17,248 nucleotides of DNA from Gemmatimonadota bacterium (GTDB lineage: Bacteria; Gemmatimonadota; Gemmatimonadetes; Palauibacterales; KS3-K002). Positions 9,054 through 16,856 of the stretch are shown here, piece after piece (the stretch's first letter is position 1; every line of letters starts with the position of its first letter). A program made the position numbers and the translations under genes. Below the pieces are notes generated by a model. The model searched no databases. It saw nothing but the letters and a program-made list of their open reading frames with translations, and had not been told where the DNA came from. The stretch lies in assembly GCA_039586795.1 (NCBI GenBank), contig JBDHJS010000073.1:1-17248 (forward strand), read 5' to 3'.

Positions 9054-11357
9054 ATGACCACCAGTCCAGTCAGAGATCTTTTCCGACGGCGGGTGCCCCA
9101 CATCCTCGGTGCATACTTTGCCGGCGGTTGGGTGGTGCTCGAGTTCACCGACTGGCTGGTCAACCGCTACCTCCTTTCCCCGCACCTCACCGACTTCGCC
9201 ATCCTCGCCTGGGCATTGATGATCCCGACAGTCGCCCTGCTGGCCTACTTTCACGGCGCCCCGGGCCCGGACAACTGGACGAAGCTCGAGAAGATCGGGA
9301 TACCGCTGAACGGCATCATCGCGGCGATCGTGCTGATCGTCGCCTTCGCGGGACGGGATCTGGGCGCCGCCACCGAGACGATCACGGTGGAGAACGAAGA
9401 AGGGCTGACGATCGAGCGCGTGGTTCCGAAGTCGGAGTTCCGGAAGAGCGTCGCGAACTACTACTTCGACAACGCCTCCGGCGACACCGCCCTGGACTGG
9501 TTGCAGTACGGGGTGCCCACGGCGCTGCGATACGATCTGGAACAGGACCTATTCCTCGACATTCGGGGCGGCGATGCGCAGCTGAGCCGCCTGAGGGAGG
9601 AGGGCTTCCAGGATGGCTTGCGCGTCTCTCTGGCACTCAAACGCGAGTTGGCGGAGGATTTGCGACTGACGTATTTCCTGGCGGGCGAGATCGACGGGAG
9701 CGCGGATCAGATTGTCGTCAGAACTCGACTGTACGAGACTCAACGTGGTCGGTTGATCCAAGAACGCGAGTTCAGCGGATCGGACCTGTTCGAACTGATC
9801 GATGAAATGAGCCTGCAACTGAAAAACGACCTCGAAATGCCGGCTCAACAGATCGAGGAGAGCAGAGACCTGCCGGTTTCAGAAGTACTATCGGGCTCGC
9901 AGGGCGCCTATCGGTCGCTGATCGCTGGCAATCGCGCCATGTCCCATAACAACGACTTCCCAACAGCGATCGCCCACCTGAAGGACGCCGTCGAGCTGGA
10001 TCCCCAGTTCGCATTGGCTCATATGCTGTTGTTCGCCGCCTACCTGAACGTGAATCGGGTGGAAGAAGGGCAACAAGCAATACAGCGAGCGATGACGTTG
10101 CTGTACCGGATGCCAGAGCGATCGCAGCTCTCCGCAAAAGCGGCCTACTACTACATCGTCAGACAGGAGTTGCCGAAAGCCATAGCGGCAGCGCGCATGC
10201 ATGCCGAGCTGTACCCCCACGATATTCGGGCCCACGAGACGCTGGCCGAACTTTACTCGCTGCAGCAAAACAAGGAGCGCGCGATAGCGGCCTACGAGAC
10301 GGTCCTCGACCTCGATGCCTCCCGTATCGACGTGCTTCTGAACATTGGTAACCTTCACCAGTCGCAGGGCGAATTCGAGTCGGCGATGGAATACTACGAG
10401 CGCTTCGCAACGCAGGCGCCGGGGATCCCGGCGGCGTTCGTGTCCATCGGCACCTTGAAATACCTGGAGGGAGACCACGACGCGGCGCGCGAGGAACTCG
10501 AGAAGGCGACGGTCATCGATCCGGGAAACGTCCCGGCGCTAATACTTCTATCCAATCTGGACGGAGATCTGGGCGACTTCGACGCGGCACGCGCAGGATA
10601 CGATGAGGCGCTCGCCGCCGCCGTTACACCTGAGCAGCGCGCTCAGGTGTACGGCGCACTCCGGTCGTACTACCTAACGCGCGGCCAACCGACAGAGGCG
10701 ATCGAGTTGACCCATCGCTTATGGGCCGAGTACGAACTGTACTTGAGCCCGTTCGGCTTCCTTCAGCAGAAGCTGCAAACGCTAGACGCTCACCTGGCGG
10801 CCGGTCGGATCGATGCCGCCCGTGACACGATCGACGCTATCACCTCGAGGCTATCGCCGCCGTTCGATATACTGTGGGCTTTTGGCGCCCCCAGTCTGTA
10901 TCTGGAACTGGCAGACCCCGACTCGCTCGAGTACGCCGCTGACGGCCTGGATCGAGTGATCGACGCCTTCGGCCTTGAAGACCTCGGCGCGTACTCCGTC
11001 TACCTGCGCGGTCGCGCTCTCGAGATCAGAGGCGACTGCGAGCAGGCGATCATCGGCTACGAGCGAGCGCTCGAGCTAGCGCCAATCGTCACCGCATGGC
11101 ATCGGGACATCGGACGCTGCCTCAGAACGCTCGGTCGCTTCGAGGCGGCCGTCCTCGAGCTAGAGCGCGTGTTGAGGGTCAGTCCAACAGATCCGGAAAC
11201 CCATCTCGAAATGGCTCGCGTCTACAACGACAGTGGGGATAGAGCAAAGACTATCGAGCACCTGAGTGTAGCCCTCGAAGTGTGGGAGGATGCGGAGCCC
11301 CGCTATGAACCCGCCCGGGAGGCGCGGGAACTGCTCGCCGAGCTTGGCGGTAGCTAA
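9054..11357 (+). CDS. Membrane-anchored TolB-N-like/tetratricopeptide-repeat protein, paralog 3 (767 aa)
   Basis: Same architecture and length as paralog 2 and colinear with it (offset 2363 nt). RBS GGAGGA at 9043-9048 favours ATG 9054 over GTG 9051. Confidence 0.9.
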   Translation: MTTSPVRDLFRRRVPHILGAYFAGGWVVLEFTDWLVNRYLLSPHLTDFAILAWALMIPTVALLAYFHGAPGPDNWTKLEKIGIPLNGIIAAIVLIVAFAGRDLGAATETITVENEEGLTIERVVPKSEFRKSVANYYFDNASGDTALDWLQYGVPTALRYDLEQDLFLDIRGGDAQLSRLREEGFQDGLRVSLALKRELAEDLRLTYFLAGEIDGSADQIVVRTRLYETQRGRLIQEREFSGSDLFELIDEMSLQLKNDLEMPAQQIEESRDLPVSEVLSGSQGAYRSLIAGNRAMSHNNDFPTAIAHLKDAVELDPQFALAHMLLFAAYLNVNRVEEGQQAIQRAMTLLYRMPERSQLSAKAAYYYIVRQELPKAIAAARMHAELYPHDIRAHETLAELYSLQQNKERAIAAYETVLDLDASRIDVLLNIGNLHQSQGEFESAMEYYERFATQAPGIPAAFVSIGTLKYLEGDHDAAREELEKATVIDPGNVPALILLSNLDGDLGDFDAARAGYDEALAAAVTPEQRAQVYGALRSYYLTRGQPTEAIELTHRLWAEYELYLSPFGFLQQKLQTLDAHLAAGRIDAARDTIDAITSRLSPPFDILWAFGAPSLYLELADPDSLEYAADGLDRVIDAFGLEDLGAYSVYLRGRALEIRGDCEQAIIGYERALELAPIVTAWHRDIGRCLRTLGRFEAAVLELERVLRVSPTDPETHLEMARVYNDSGDRAKTIEHLSVALEVWEDAEPRYEPAREARELLAELGGS

Positions 11358-12199
11358 CGCCGCTTGTAGTACGTCCGACCACTCAGACCCAATCGATCGC
11401 CTTCCAGCACGATCACCAGCGCTCTCTGGCCATTCGGGCTTTTCAGTACCAGCGTACCGCCCGCGATGATCGTGAACGTGCCCGACTCGTGTTGATCGGC
11501 GAGACGTGGCGCGTCCAGCGCGTCACCGCGGGCCTCGGCGGCCAGATACACCGAAGACTTCCATCGGTAGTGGCCTGAAGCTTCGAACTCGTACAGGTCG
11601 CCCACGCCCCGCGTCCAATCGTCCGCCGCCTCCTGCGCCGGCGGCCGACCCGCCAGGTAGTTGGCCCACGTCCCTTCCAACAAGGCGATAGTCACCAGAT
11701 CGATCTCCGGCGGCTCCGCCGTGACGGTCCCGGCGAGCTCGTGGAGCTTCTGCTTCAAGAACCAGTACTGATCGGCCGATGACATGCCGAGCACGACGAC
11801 GCCGGTCCCGTGCTCGGTGAACAGCGCGGCCATTCGCGCCTGGACGGTCTGGTTCCCTCTCCCGACGCCGGTGTAGCTGGCGACGACGGCGCGATAGCCG
11901 GCGATCGTCGTGTCGACCGGCCCTTCCACTTCCCGGCCGGCGAGCCCGGCGATGTCCGCGAACGCGCCCAGGTCCGCGTTGACATCCTCGAAGCTGGTGT
12001 AGAGACCAGGCGCCACGAAGAGGGCGCCGGGCTCCGAGTCGGAGCCGAGCACGTGCAGGCGACCGGGCGTCTGCCGCACGTACCACGTCGCGGGTAGCAC
12101 GTACCTCACGTTCCAGCCCGGGAAATCTCGCTCGGTCTGCGCTTCGCACAGGGCCGGAGCGAGCATGAGCGCGATAATAGCGGCGTGAAGCGTCCTCAA
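11354..12199 (-). CDS. Hypothetical secreted protein (signal peptide; possible PsbP/DcrB-like domain plus lipocalin-like beta domain), ~281 aa
   Basis: Long ORF convergent on paralog 3 with a 4-bp stop overlap. Probable TTG start at 12199 after purine-rich AAAGGGGGAGGG gives the signal peptide MRTLHAAIIALMLAPALCEA|Q. Fold guesses rest on YVLPATW...TTIAGYRA and LEGTW...YEF..SGHY...ESGTF. Start is uncertain (track: 12262). Confidence 0.7.
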   Translation of the reverse strand: MRTLHAAIIALMLAPALCEAQTERDFPGWNVRYVLPATWYVRQTPGRLHVLGSDSEPGALFVAPGLYTSFEDVNADLGAFADIAGLAGREVEGPVDTTIAGYRAVVASYTGVGRGNQTVQARMAALFTEHGTGVVVLGMSSADQYWFLKQKLHELAGTVTAEPPEIDLVTIALLEGTWANYLAGRPPAQEAADDWTRGVGDLYEFEASGHYRWKSSVYLAAEARGDALDAPRLADQHESGTFTIIAGGTLVLKSPNGQRALVIVLEGDRLGLSGRTYYKRR

Positions 12200-12226
12200 C
12201 CCTCCCCCTTTGTCTATGACGCCCCC

Positions 12227-12306
12227 AATGTGCCGCCGCGGTCCGGGACCGGCAAGCGACACACCGTTGCCGGGCCTTGCCGCGGAGCCGCCGTGCGCGC
12301 CATTCT
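12227..12306. promoter_or_regulatory. Possible back-to-back divergent sigma70-type promoters around an inverted repeat
   Basis: Minus strand: TTGCCG (12255-12250), 17 nt, CACATT (12232-12227). Plus strand: TTGCCG (12277-12282), 18 nt, CATTCT (12301-12306). Inverted repeat CCGGCAA (12249-12255) / TTGCCGG (12267-12273). Matches are weak. Confidence 0.3.
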
Positions 12307-12336
12307 TTCCCCCTGACTTTCCCCTAGGAGGCGAGA

Positions 12337-13131
12337 CTGGACTACCAAGACATCCTCGTCAGCGTCGAGGACGGGATCGGCACCATCACGCTGAACCGAC
12401 CGGACAAGCTCAACTCGTTCGCCAATCAGATGCGACAGGAGATCGCCGCCGGCATCAAAGAGTTGGCCGCACGGGAGAATGTGCGGGTCATCGTGATCAC
12501 CGGGGCCGGCCGCGGATTCTGCACCGGCGCTGACGTGACGTACCTGAAGCAGCTCGTTGATGCTGGTGACGAAGACGGCCTGAGGGAGCTGGTCGATGCC
12601 GGCCGTACCGTGGTGACTTCGATTCGTGAGGCGCCGCAGCCCGTCATCGCGTCGGTGAACGGGCCAGCGGCGGGCGGCGGAGCCAACCTGGCATTGGCCT
12701 GCGATATCCGCCTGGCCAGCGATCGCGCGTCGATCGGGCAGACGTTCAACCGTATCGGGCTACACCCGGACTGGGGCGGCACGTATTTTCTGCCGCGCCT
12801 GGTGGGACCCGCGGCAGCGGCCGAGCTCATGTTGACCGGTGACATGATCGATGCTGCTGAGGCCTTCCGTCTGGGAATCTTCAACCGTGTCTATCCCCAC
12901 GACCAGCTCGCCGAAGAGACCGATGCCCTGGCCAGGAAGCTGGCCGCGAAATCGCGGCTCTCGCTGAGACTGACCAAAGCCGCCGTGCACATGAGCCTAA
13001 GTTCTAGCATGGAAGAGATGCTCGACTACGAGTTGGACGCCCAACTCCGGTGCGGATTCTCGGCGGATGGAAGAGAGGGGCTCACGGCGTTCGTCGAGAA
13101 GCGTGCCCCCAGCTTCGGAAAGGAAGAGTAG
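12337..13131 (+). CDS. paaG: Enoyl-CoA hydratase/isomerase, PaaG-type (ring-1,2-epoxyphenylacetyl-CoA / enoyl-CoA isomerase), probable CTG start, 264 aa
   Basis: GRGFCTGAD, AAGGGANLALACD (no first Glu) and FNRIGLHPDWGGTYFLPRLVG (PaaG-type Asp). The frame extends 31 codons upstream of ATG 12430 through conserved GIGTITLNRPDKLN to CTG 12337, which follows AGGAGG (12326-12331). In-frame TAG at 12325-12327. Confidence 0.85.
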   Translation: MDYQDILVSVEDGIGTITLNRPDKLNSFANQMRQEIAAGIKELAARENVRVIVITGAGRGFCTGADVTYLKQLVDAGDEDGLRELVDAGRTVVTSIREAPQPVIASVNGPAAGGGANLALACDIRLASDRASIGQTFNRIGLHPDWGGTYFLPRLVGPAAAAELMLTGDMIDAAEAFRLGIFNRVYPHDQLAEETDALARKLAAKSRLSLRLTKAAVHMSLSSSMEEMLDYELDAQLRCGFSADGREGLTAFVEKRAPSFGKEE

Positions 13132-13134
13132 ACG

Positions 13135-14007
13135 GTGGCCGTGACTAGCGACATCAGCCGGGTTGGCGTGATCGGCGCGGGAGCGATGGGCAACGGCATC
13201 GCCCAGGTCGCCGCCATGGCCGGGTACACGGTGGTCATGTACGACGTGGATCGCGGGCAACTCGAGAAGGCTGTAAGCCGGATTCACGCCAATCTCGACA
13301 AGGGCGTGGAGCTAGGTAAGGTGGACGCTGCCACGCGCGACGCGGCGTTGCTGGCGATCTCTACGACAACCGAACTGATCGACGCGGCGGCTGGCGCCGG
13401 CCTGGTCATCGAGGCGGCACCCGAGCGGCTCGAGCTGAAGCGGGCCATCTTCGCTCAGCTGGGCGAGCATGCGCCCGACGACGCGGTCCTGGCGACCAAT
13501 ACTTCATCGCTGAGCATCACGCAGATCGGCGCCGCCGCGCGGCACCCCGAGCGCGTAATCGGGATGCACTTCTTCAATCCCGTCCACATCATGAAGCTGC
13601 TGGAGCTCGTACGCACGGAACACACGAGCGAAGAGGCGATCGCCATAGCCCGCTCGGCGGGTGAAGCGATGGGCAAGACGTGCATCCTGGTCAAAGACTC
13701 GCCCGGTTTCGCGTCCAGTCGGCTGGGTCTGATACTCGGCATGGAAGCGATCCGCATGCTGGAAGAAGGTGTGGCGAACGCGGAGGACATCGATACGGCG
13801 ATGACGCTGGGGTACGGGCATCCGATGGGGCCGTTCAGGCTGACCGACCTGGTCGGTCTCGACGTGCGGCTCGCCATCGCCGAGTACCTCTACCGCGAGA
13901 CGGGCGCCGAACGATTCAAGCCGACGGAAACAATGAAGCGAATGGTTGCCGAAGGAAAACTCGGCAAGAAAACAGGTGAAGGCTTCTACAAGTGGGACAA
14001 CGAATAG
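13135..14007 (+). CDS. 3-hydroxyacyl-CoA dehydrogenase (PaaH/Hbd-like short form)
   Basis: Rossmann VIGAGAMG, EAAPERLELK, ATNTSSL, GMHFFNP (catalytic His), PMGPFRLTDLVGLD and GKLGKKTGEGFY. GTG start 8 nt after AGGAAG. Confidence 0.95.
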   Translation: MAVTSDISRVGVIGAGAMGNGIAQVAAMAGYTVVMYDVDRGQLEKAVSRIHANLDKGVELGKVDAATRDAALLAISTTTELIDAAAGAGLVIEAAPERLELKRAIFAQLGEHAPDDAVLATNTSSLSITQIGAAARHPERVIGMHFFNPVHIMKLLELVRTEHTSEEAIAIARSAGEAMGKTCILVKDSPGFASSRLGLILGMEAIRMLEEGVANAEDIDTAMTLGYGHPMGPFRLTDLVGLDVRLAIAEYLYRETGAERFKPTETMKRMVAEGKLGKKTGEGFYKWDNE

Positions 14008-14020
14008 GGAGGAATCCGAT

Positions 14021-14803
14021 ATGGCCGACAACAATGTCGTGCTGATCGAGAAGAAAGGCAGCATCGCGACGATCACGATCAACCGGCCGGACAAGCTGAA
14101 CGCGCTTAGCCCCGACGTCCGGGTGGGGATCGCCATGGCGCTGGAGCAGGCGCGCCAAGATGACGAGATCCGGGTGGCCATCATCACGGGCTCCGGCGAG
14201 AAGGCGTTCATCGCTGGAGCGGACATCGCGGAGTTCAAAGGCAAGTCAGGTGTGGAGGGCTATCACTATATACAGCTTGGAGATATCTACTCCGCGATCG
14301 AGCGCTTCCCCAAGCCGGTCATCGCCATGATCAACGGCTTTTGCCTGGGCGGCGGCTGCGAATTGGCCATGGCGTGCGACATCCGGATCGCCAGCGACAA
14401 GGCGAAGCTGGGGCAGCCGGAGACGAATCTGGGGCTGATCCCGGGCGGTGGCGGCACGCAGCGGCTGCCGCGGTTGGTGGGACAGGGGCACGCGATGCGG
14501 CTGATCTATACGGGCGACATCATCGGTGCTGAGGAGGCGCTGCGCATCGGGCTGGTGGACGAAATCGTCGGGGCGGATGAGCTGCTGGAGAAGACCGAAG
14601 CGTTGGCGATGAAGATCGCCGAGAAGAGTCCGGCATCGTTGCAGGCGTCGAAGGAGGCGGTGCGGGCGGCGTGGCAGATGCCGCTTGATGCGGGGCTGCG
14701 GTTTGAGAAGCAGTGGTTTGGATTGTTGTTTTCTACGGAGGATATGCAGGACGGGGTGGCGGCGTTTCTGGAGAAGAGGAAACCGGAGTTTAAGGGTCGG
14801 TAG
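14021..14803 (+). CDS. Enoyl-CoA hydratase (PaaF/crotonase-type), 260 aa
   Basis: INRPDKLNAL, AFIAGADI, LGGGCELAMACD and GQPETNLGLIPGGGGTQRLPR (two-Glu hydratase). ATG 14021 follows GGAGGA (14008-14013). Confidence 0.93.
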   Translation: MADNNVVLIEKKGSIATITINRPDKLNALSPDVRVGIAMALEQARQDDEIRVAIITGSGEKAFIAGADIAEFKGKSGVEGYHYIQLGDIYSAIERFPKPVIAMINGFCLGGGCELAMACDIRIASDKAKLGQPETNLGLIPGGGGTQRLPRLVGQGHAMRLIYTGDIIGAEEALRIGLVDEIVGADELLEKTEALAMKIAEKSPASLQASKEAVRAAWQMPLDAGLRFEKQWFGLLFSTEDMQDGVAAFLEKRKPEFKGR

Positions 14804-14815
14804 GGTTTTACTCGT

Positions 14816-15095
14816 CGGTCGACTTTCGACATTCGGAAATCGTCGGTCGTCGGTCGGGTCTATTTCGACAGCCGACAGCGGACAGCCGCGTATCGGCGAC
14901 CGAATCCTATTCGGCGATCAACGTACGATGTCCGACGCGCGTCGGACGTCGAGCGCGGCTGTCGGAGGTCGGCTGTCGGGTGTGGCTCGCTGATATGCCG
15001 ATAGCCGACTTATGAGCGTCGGGAGTTGGGAGTCGATCGTCGAATTGTCCTCGTACGTCGGTACGCGGCTGTCGGCTGTCCGCTGTCGAAATGAC
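14816..15095. repeat. ~280-bp self-complementary intergenic element A (MITE/REP-like, built on CGACAGC heptamers)
   Basis: Arms 14862-14892 and 15062-15092 are inverted repeats (29/31). Internal perfect 18-bp palindrome GTCCGACGCGCGTCGGAC at 14930-14947. Homologous to element B in reverse orientation. Confidence 0.85.
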
Positions 15096-15109
15096 TGTGA
15101 AACAGTCCT

Positions 15110-15340
15110 ATGAAAAAACTCGTTCCGATTTCGGCAATCCTATTCTATTTGGCGATGACCTTCTTCGTCACGTACCCCGGGTATGTGCCGTTCAACCGCA
15201 TCGAGCCGTTTGTCCTCGGACTCCCCTTCTCCCTGTTCTGGCAGGTGCTTTGGATTGTTGGGTCCGGCTTCGTGCTGGCTGGCGTCTTCGTTTGGGAGAA
15301 GCAGCGTAGAGCGGGCGACTCCGCGGGAGAAGTGGACTGA
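15110..15340 (+). CDS. Small two-TM membrane protein, DUF3311-like (solute symporter accessory subunit)
   Basis: 76 aa with two hydrophobic segments around PFNRIEPFVLGLPFSLFWQVLW. TGATG overlap with the symporter. Confidence 0.85.
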   Translation: MKKLVPISAILFYLAMTFFVTYPGYVPFNRIEPFVLGLPFSLFWQVLWIVGSGFVLAGVFVWEKQRRAGDSAGEVD

Positions 15341-16830
15341 TGGAGCGCTGGGTTGTTGTCACCCTCGTGGTGACCGGGTACCTGGCGCTGTCGCTGCTGG
15401 TGGGATGGATATCGGGGCGCCGGGCGAGCAACACGGTCACGGGCTTTGTGGCGGGCGACCGCGGGTTTGGGCTGCTCGTCATGTACTTCGTGATGGGCGC
15501 GATGATGTTCAGCGCCTTCGCGTTCTTGGGGACGCCGGGCTGGGCATTTAGTCGCGGCGCCGCCGCGTTCTATGTGTTCTCGTATGGGCTGTTGGGCTTT
15601 GCGCCGTGGTACGCGCTGGGCCCGATGGTCGCCCGGGTGGGTCGCCGGTTTGGGCATGTGACGCAGGCAGAGCTGCTGTCGCACCGCTTTCAGAGCCCTA
15701 CCCTGTCCGTGCTGATCGCCATCGTCTCCGTCATCGCGTTCGTTCCTTACATCGCGCTGCAGATGAAGGGCGCGGGCATCGTGTTCAACGCGGTGACCGA
15801 CGGGCACGTGCCGATCTGGGCGGGCGCTTTCGCCGCCTACGCCGTGGTGATGCTCTACGTGCTGAAGAGCGGCGTGATGGGCGTGGGATGGACGAACACG
15901 TTCCAGGGGATCTTCATGCTGGTGATCGCCTGGGCGCTGGGCATCTGGCTCCCCAACCACCTGTACGGCGGCGTGGGCCCCATGTTCGAGCGCATCGCCG
16001 ACGTGCGGCCCGAGCTGTTGATCGCCCCCGGCCTCGACGCCGCCGGCAACCCGTGGGGATGGGGCAGCTACTCGTCGGCCATCATCGTGAGCGCCATCGG
16101 CGTCGTCATGTGGCCGCACCTGTTCATGAAGGCGTTCGCGGCGAAGGACGACAAGACCATCAAGCTGACGATGGTCCTCTACCCGACTTTCCTGCTCTTC
16201 CTGCTGCCACTCTATTTCATCGCCTTCGCCGGCGTGCTGTTCGACCCGAAGCCGCCGTCCGCCGACTTCATCCTGCCCCACATGATCCTCAACACCAACG
16301 TGGCACCCGTCGTCATCGGCCTGTTCTGCGCCGGCGCCCTGGCCGCCAGCATGTCCACCGGCGACGCGATGCTGCACGCCGCGGGCTCGATCTACGTACA
16401 GGATCTGCATCGGGTGGCGATCGACAAGAAGCTGAGCGACGAGAAGCGCCGCACCCTGATACGCGTCGTCGCCGTGATCGTCGGCGTCGCCGCCTTTTAC
16501 ATCGCCGTCAACACCCAGATGTCGCTGGTCGAGATGCTCCTCGCCGCTTACGGCGCCATCGTGCAGCTGGCGCCCATCACCTATTTCGCCTTCTTCTGGA
16601 AACGCACCACCGCGCAAGGCGCCGTCTCGGGCCTCATACTGGGCTCGCTGGTAACGCTATTCCTCTACCTGTTCCCAGAGTATCGACCCTTCGGCCTGCA
16701 CGAAGGGATCGTCGGCCTGGCAGTGAACTGCATAACGTTGATCACGGTCAGCCTGGCGACCCAGCCAATGGATGCCGACCACGTAGAGGCCTTCGTCGAG
16801 GCAAGTCGAGACACGTCGAATTTCGGGTAA
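15340..16830 (+). CDS. Sodium:solute symporter (SSS) family protein, MctP/YhjB-like putative carboxylate importer
   Basis: 496-aa polytopic membrane protein with FVAGDRGFG, FSAFAFLGTPG, YIALQMKG, VGWTNTFQG, WPHLF and GALAASMSTGDAMLHA. Paired with a DUF3311-like gene. Confidence 0.92.
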   Translation: MERWVVVTLVVTGYLALSLLVGWISGRRASNTVTGFVAGDRGFGLLVMYFVMGAMMFSAFAFLGTPGWAFSRGAAAFYVFSYGLLGFAPWYALGPMVARVGRRFGHVTQAELLSHRFQSPTLSVLIAIVSVIAFVPYIALQMKGAGIVFNAVTDGHVPIWAGAFAAYAVVMLYVLKSGVMGVGWTNTFQGIFMLVIAWALGIWLPNHLYGGVGPMFERIADVRPELLIAPGLDAAGNPWGWGSYSSAIIVSAIGVVMWPHLFMKAFAAKDDKTIKLTMVLYPTFLLFLLPLYFIAFAGVLFDPKPPSADFILPHMILNTNVAPVVIGLFCAGALAASMSTGDAMLHAAGSIYVQDLHRVAIDKKLSDEKRRTLIRVVAVIVGVAAFYIAVNTQMSLVEMLLAAYGAIVQLAPITYFAFFWKRTTAQGAVSGLILGSLVTLFLYLFPEYRPFGLHEGIVGLAVNCITLITVSLATQPMDADHVEAFVEASRDTSNFG

Positions 16831-16856
16831 GGGATCTTAGGGATCGTTTCTCTCGG

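Noticed and set aside
4418..11357. TPR array as a diversity-generating retroelement target or an NLR/Avs-like defence system
   Set aside because: No reverse transcriptase, no adenine-specific template/variable repeat pair, and no P-loop NTPase or nuclease motif seen.
14685..15309. Short ORFs 14685..14993 and 15091..15309 (also 16974..17180 and 16997..17191)
   Set aside because: They are translations of the repeat elements or alternative frames of real genes; shared peptides such as DRILFGD reflect the DNA repeat.
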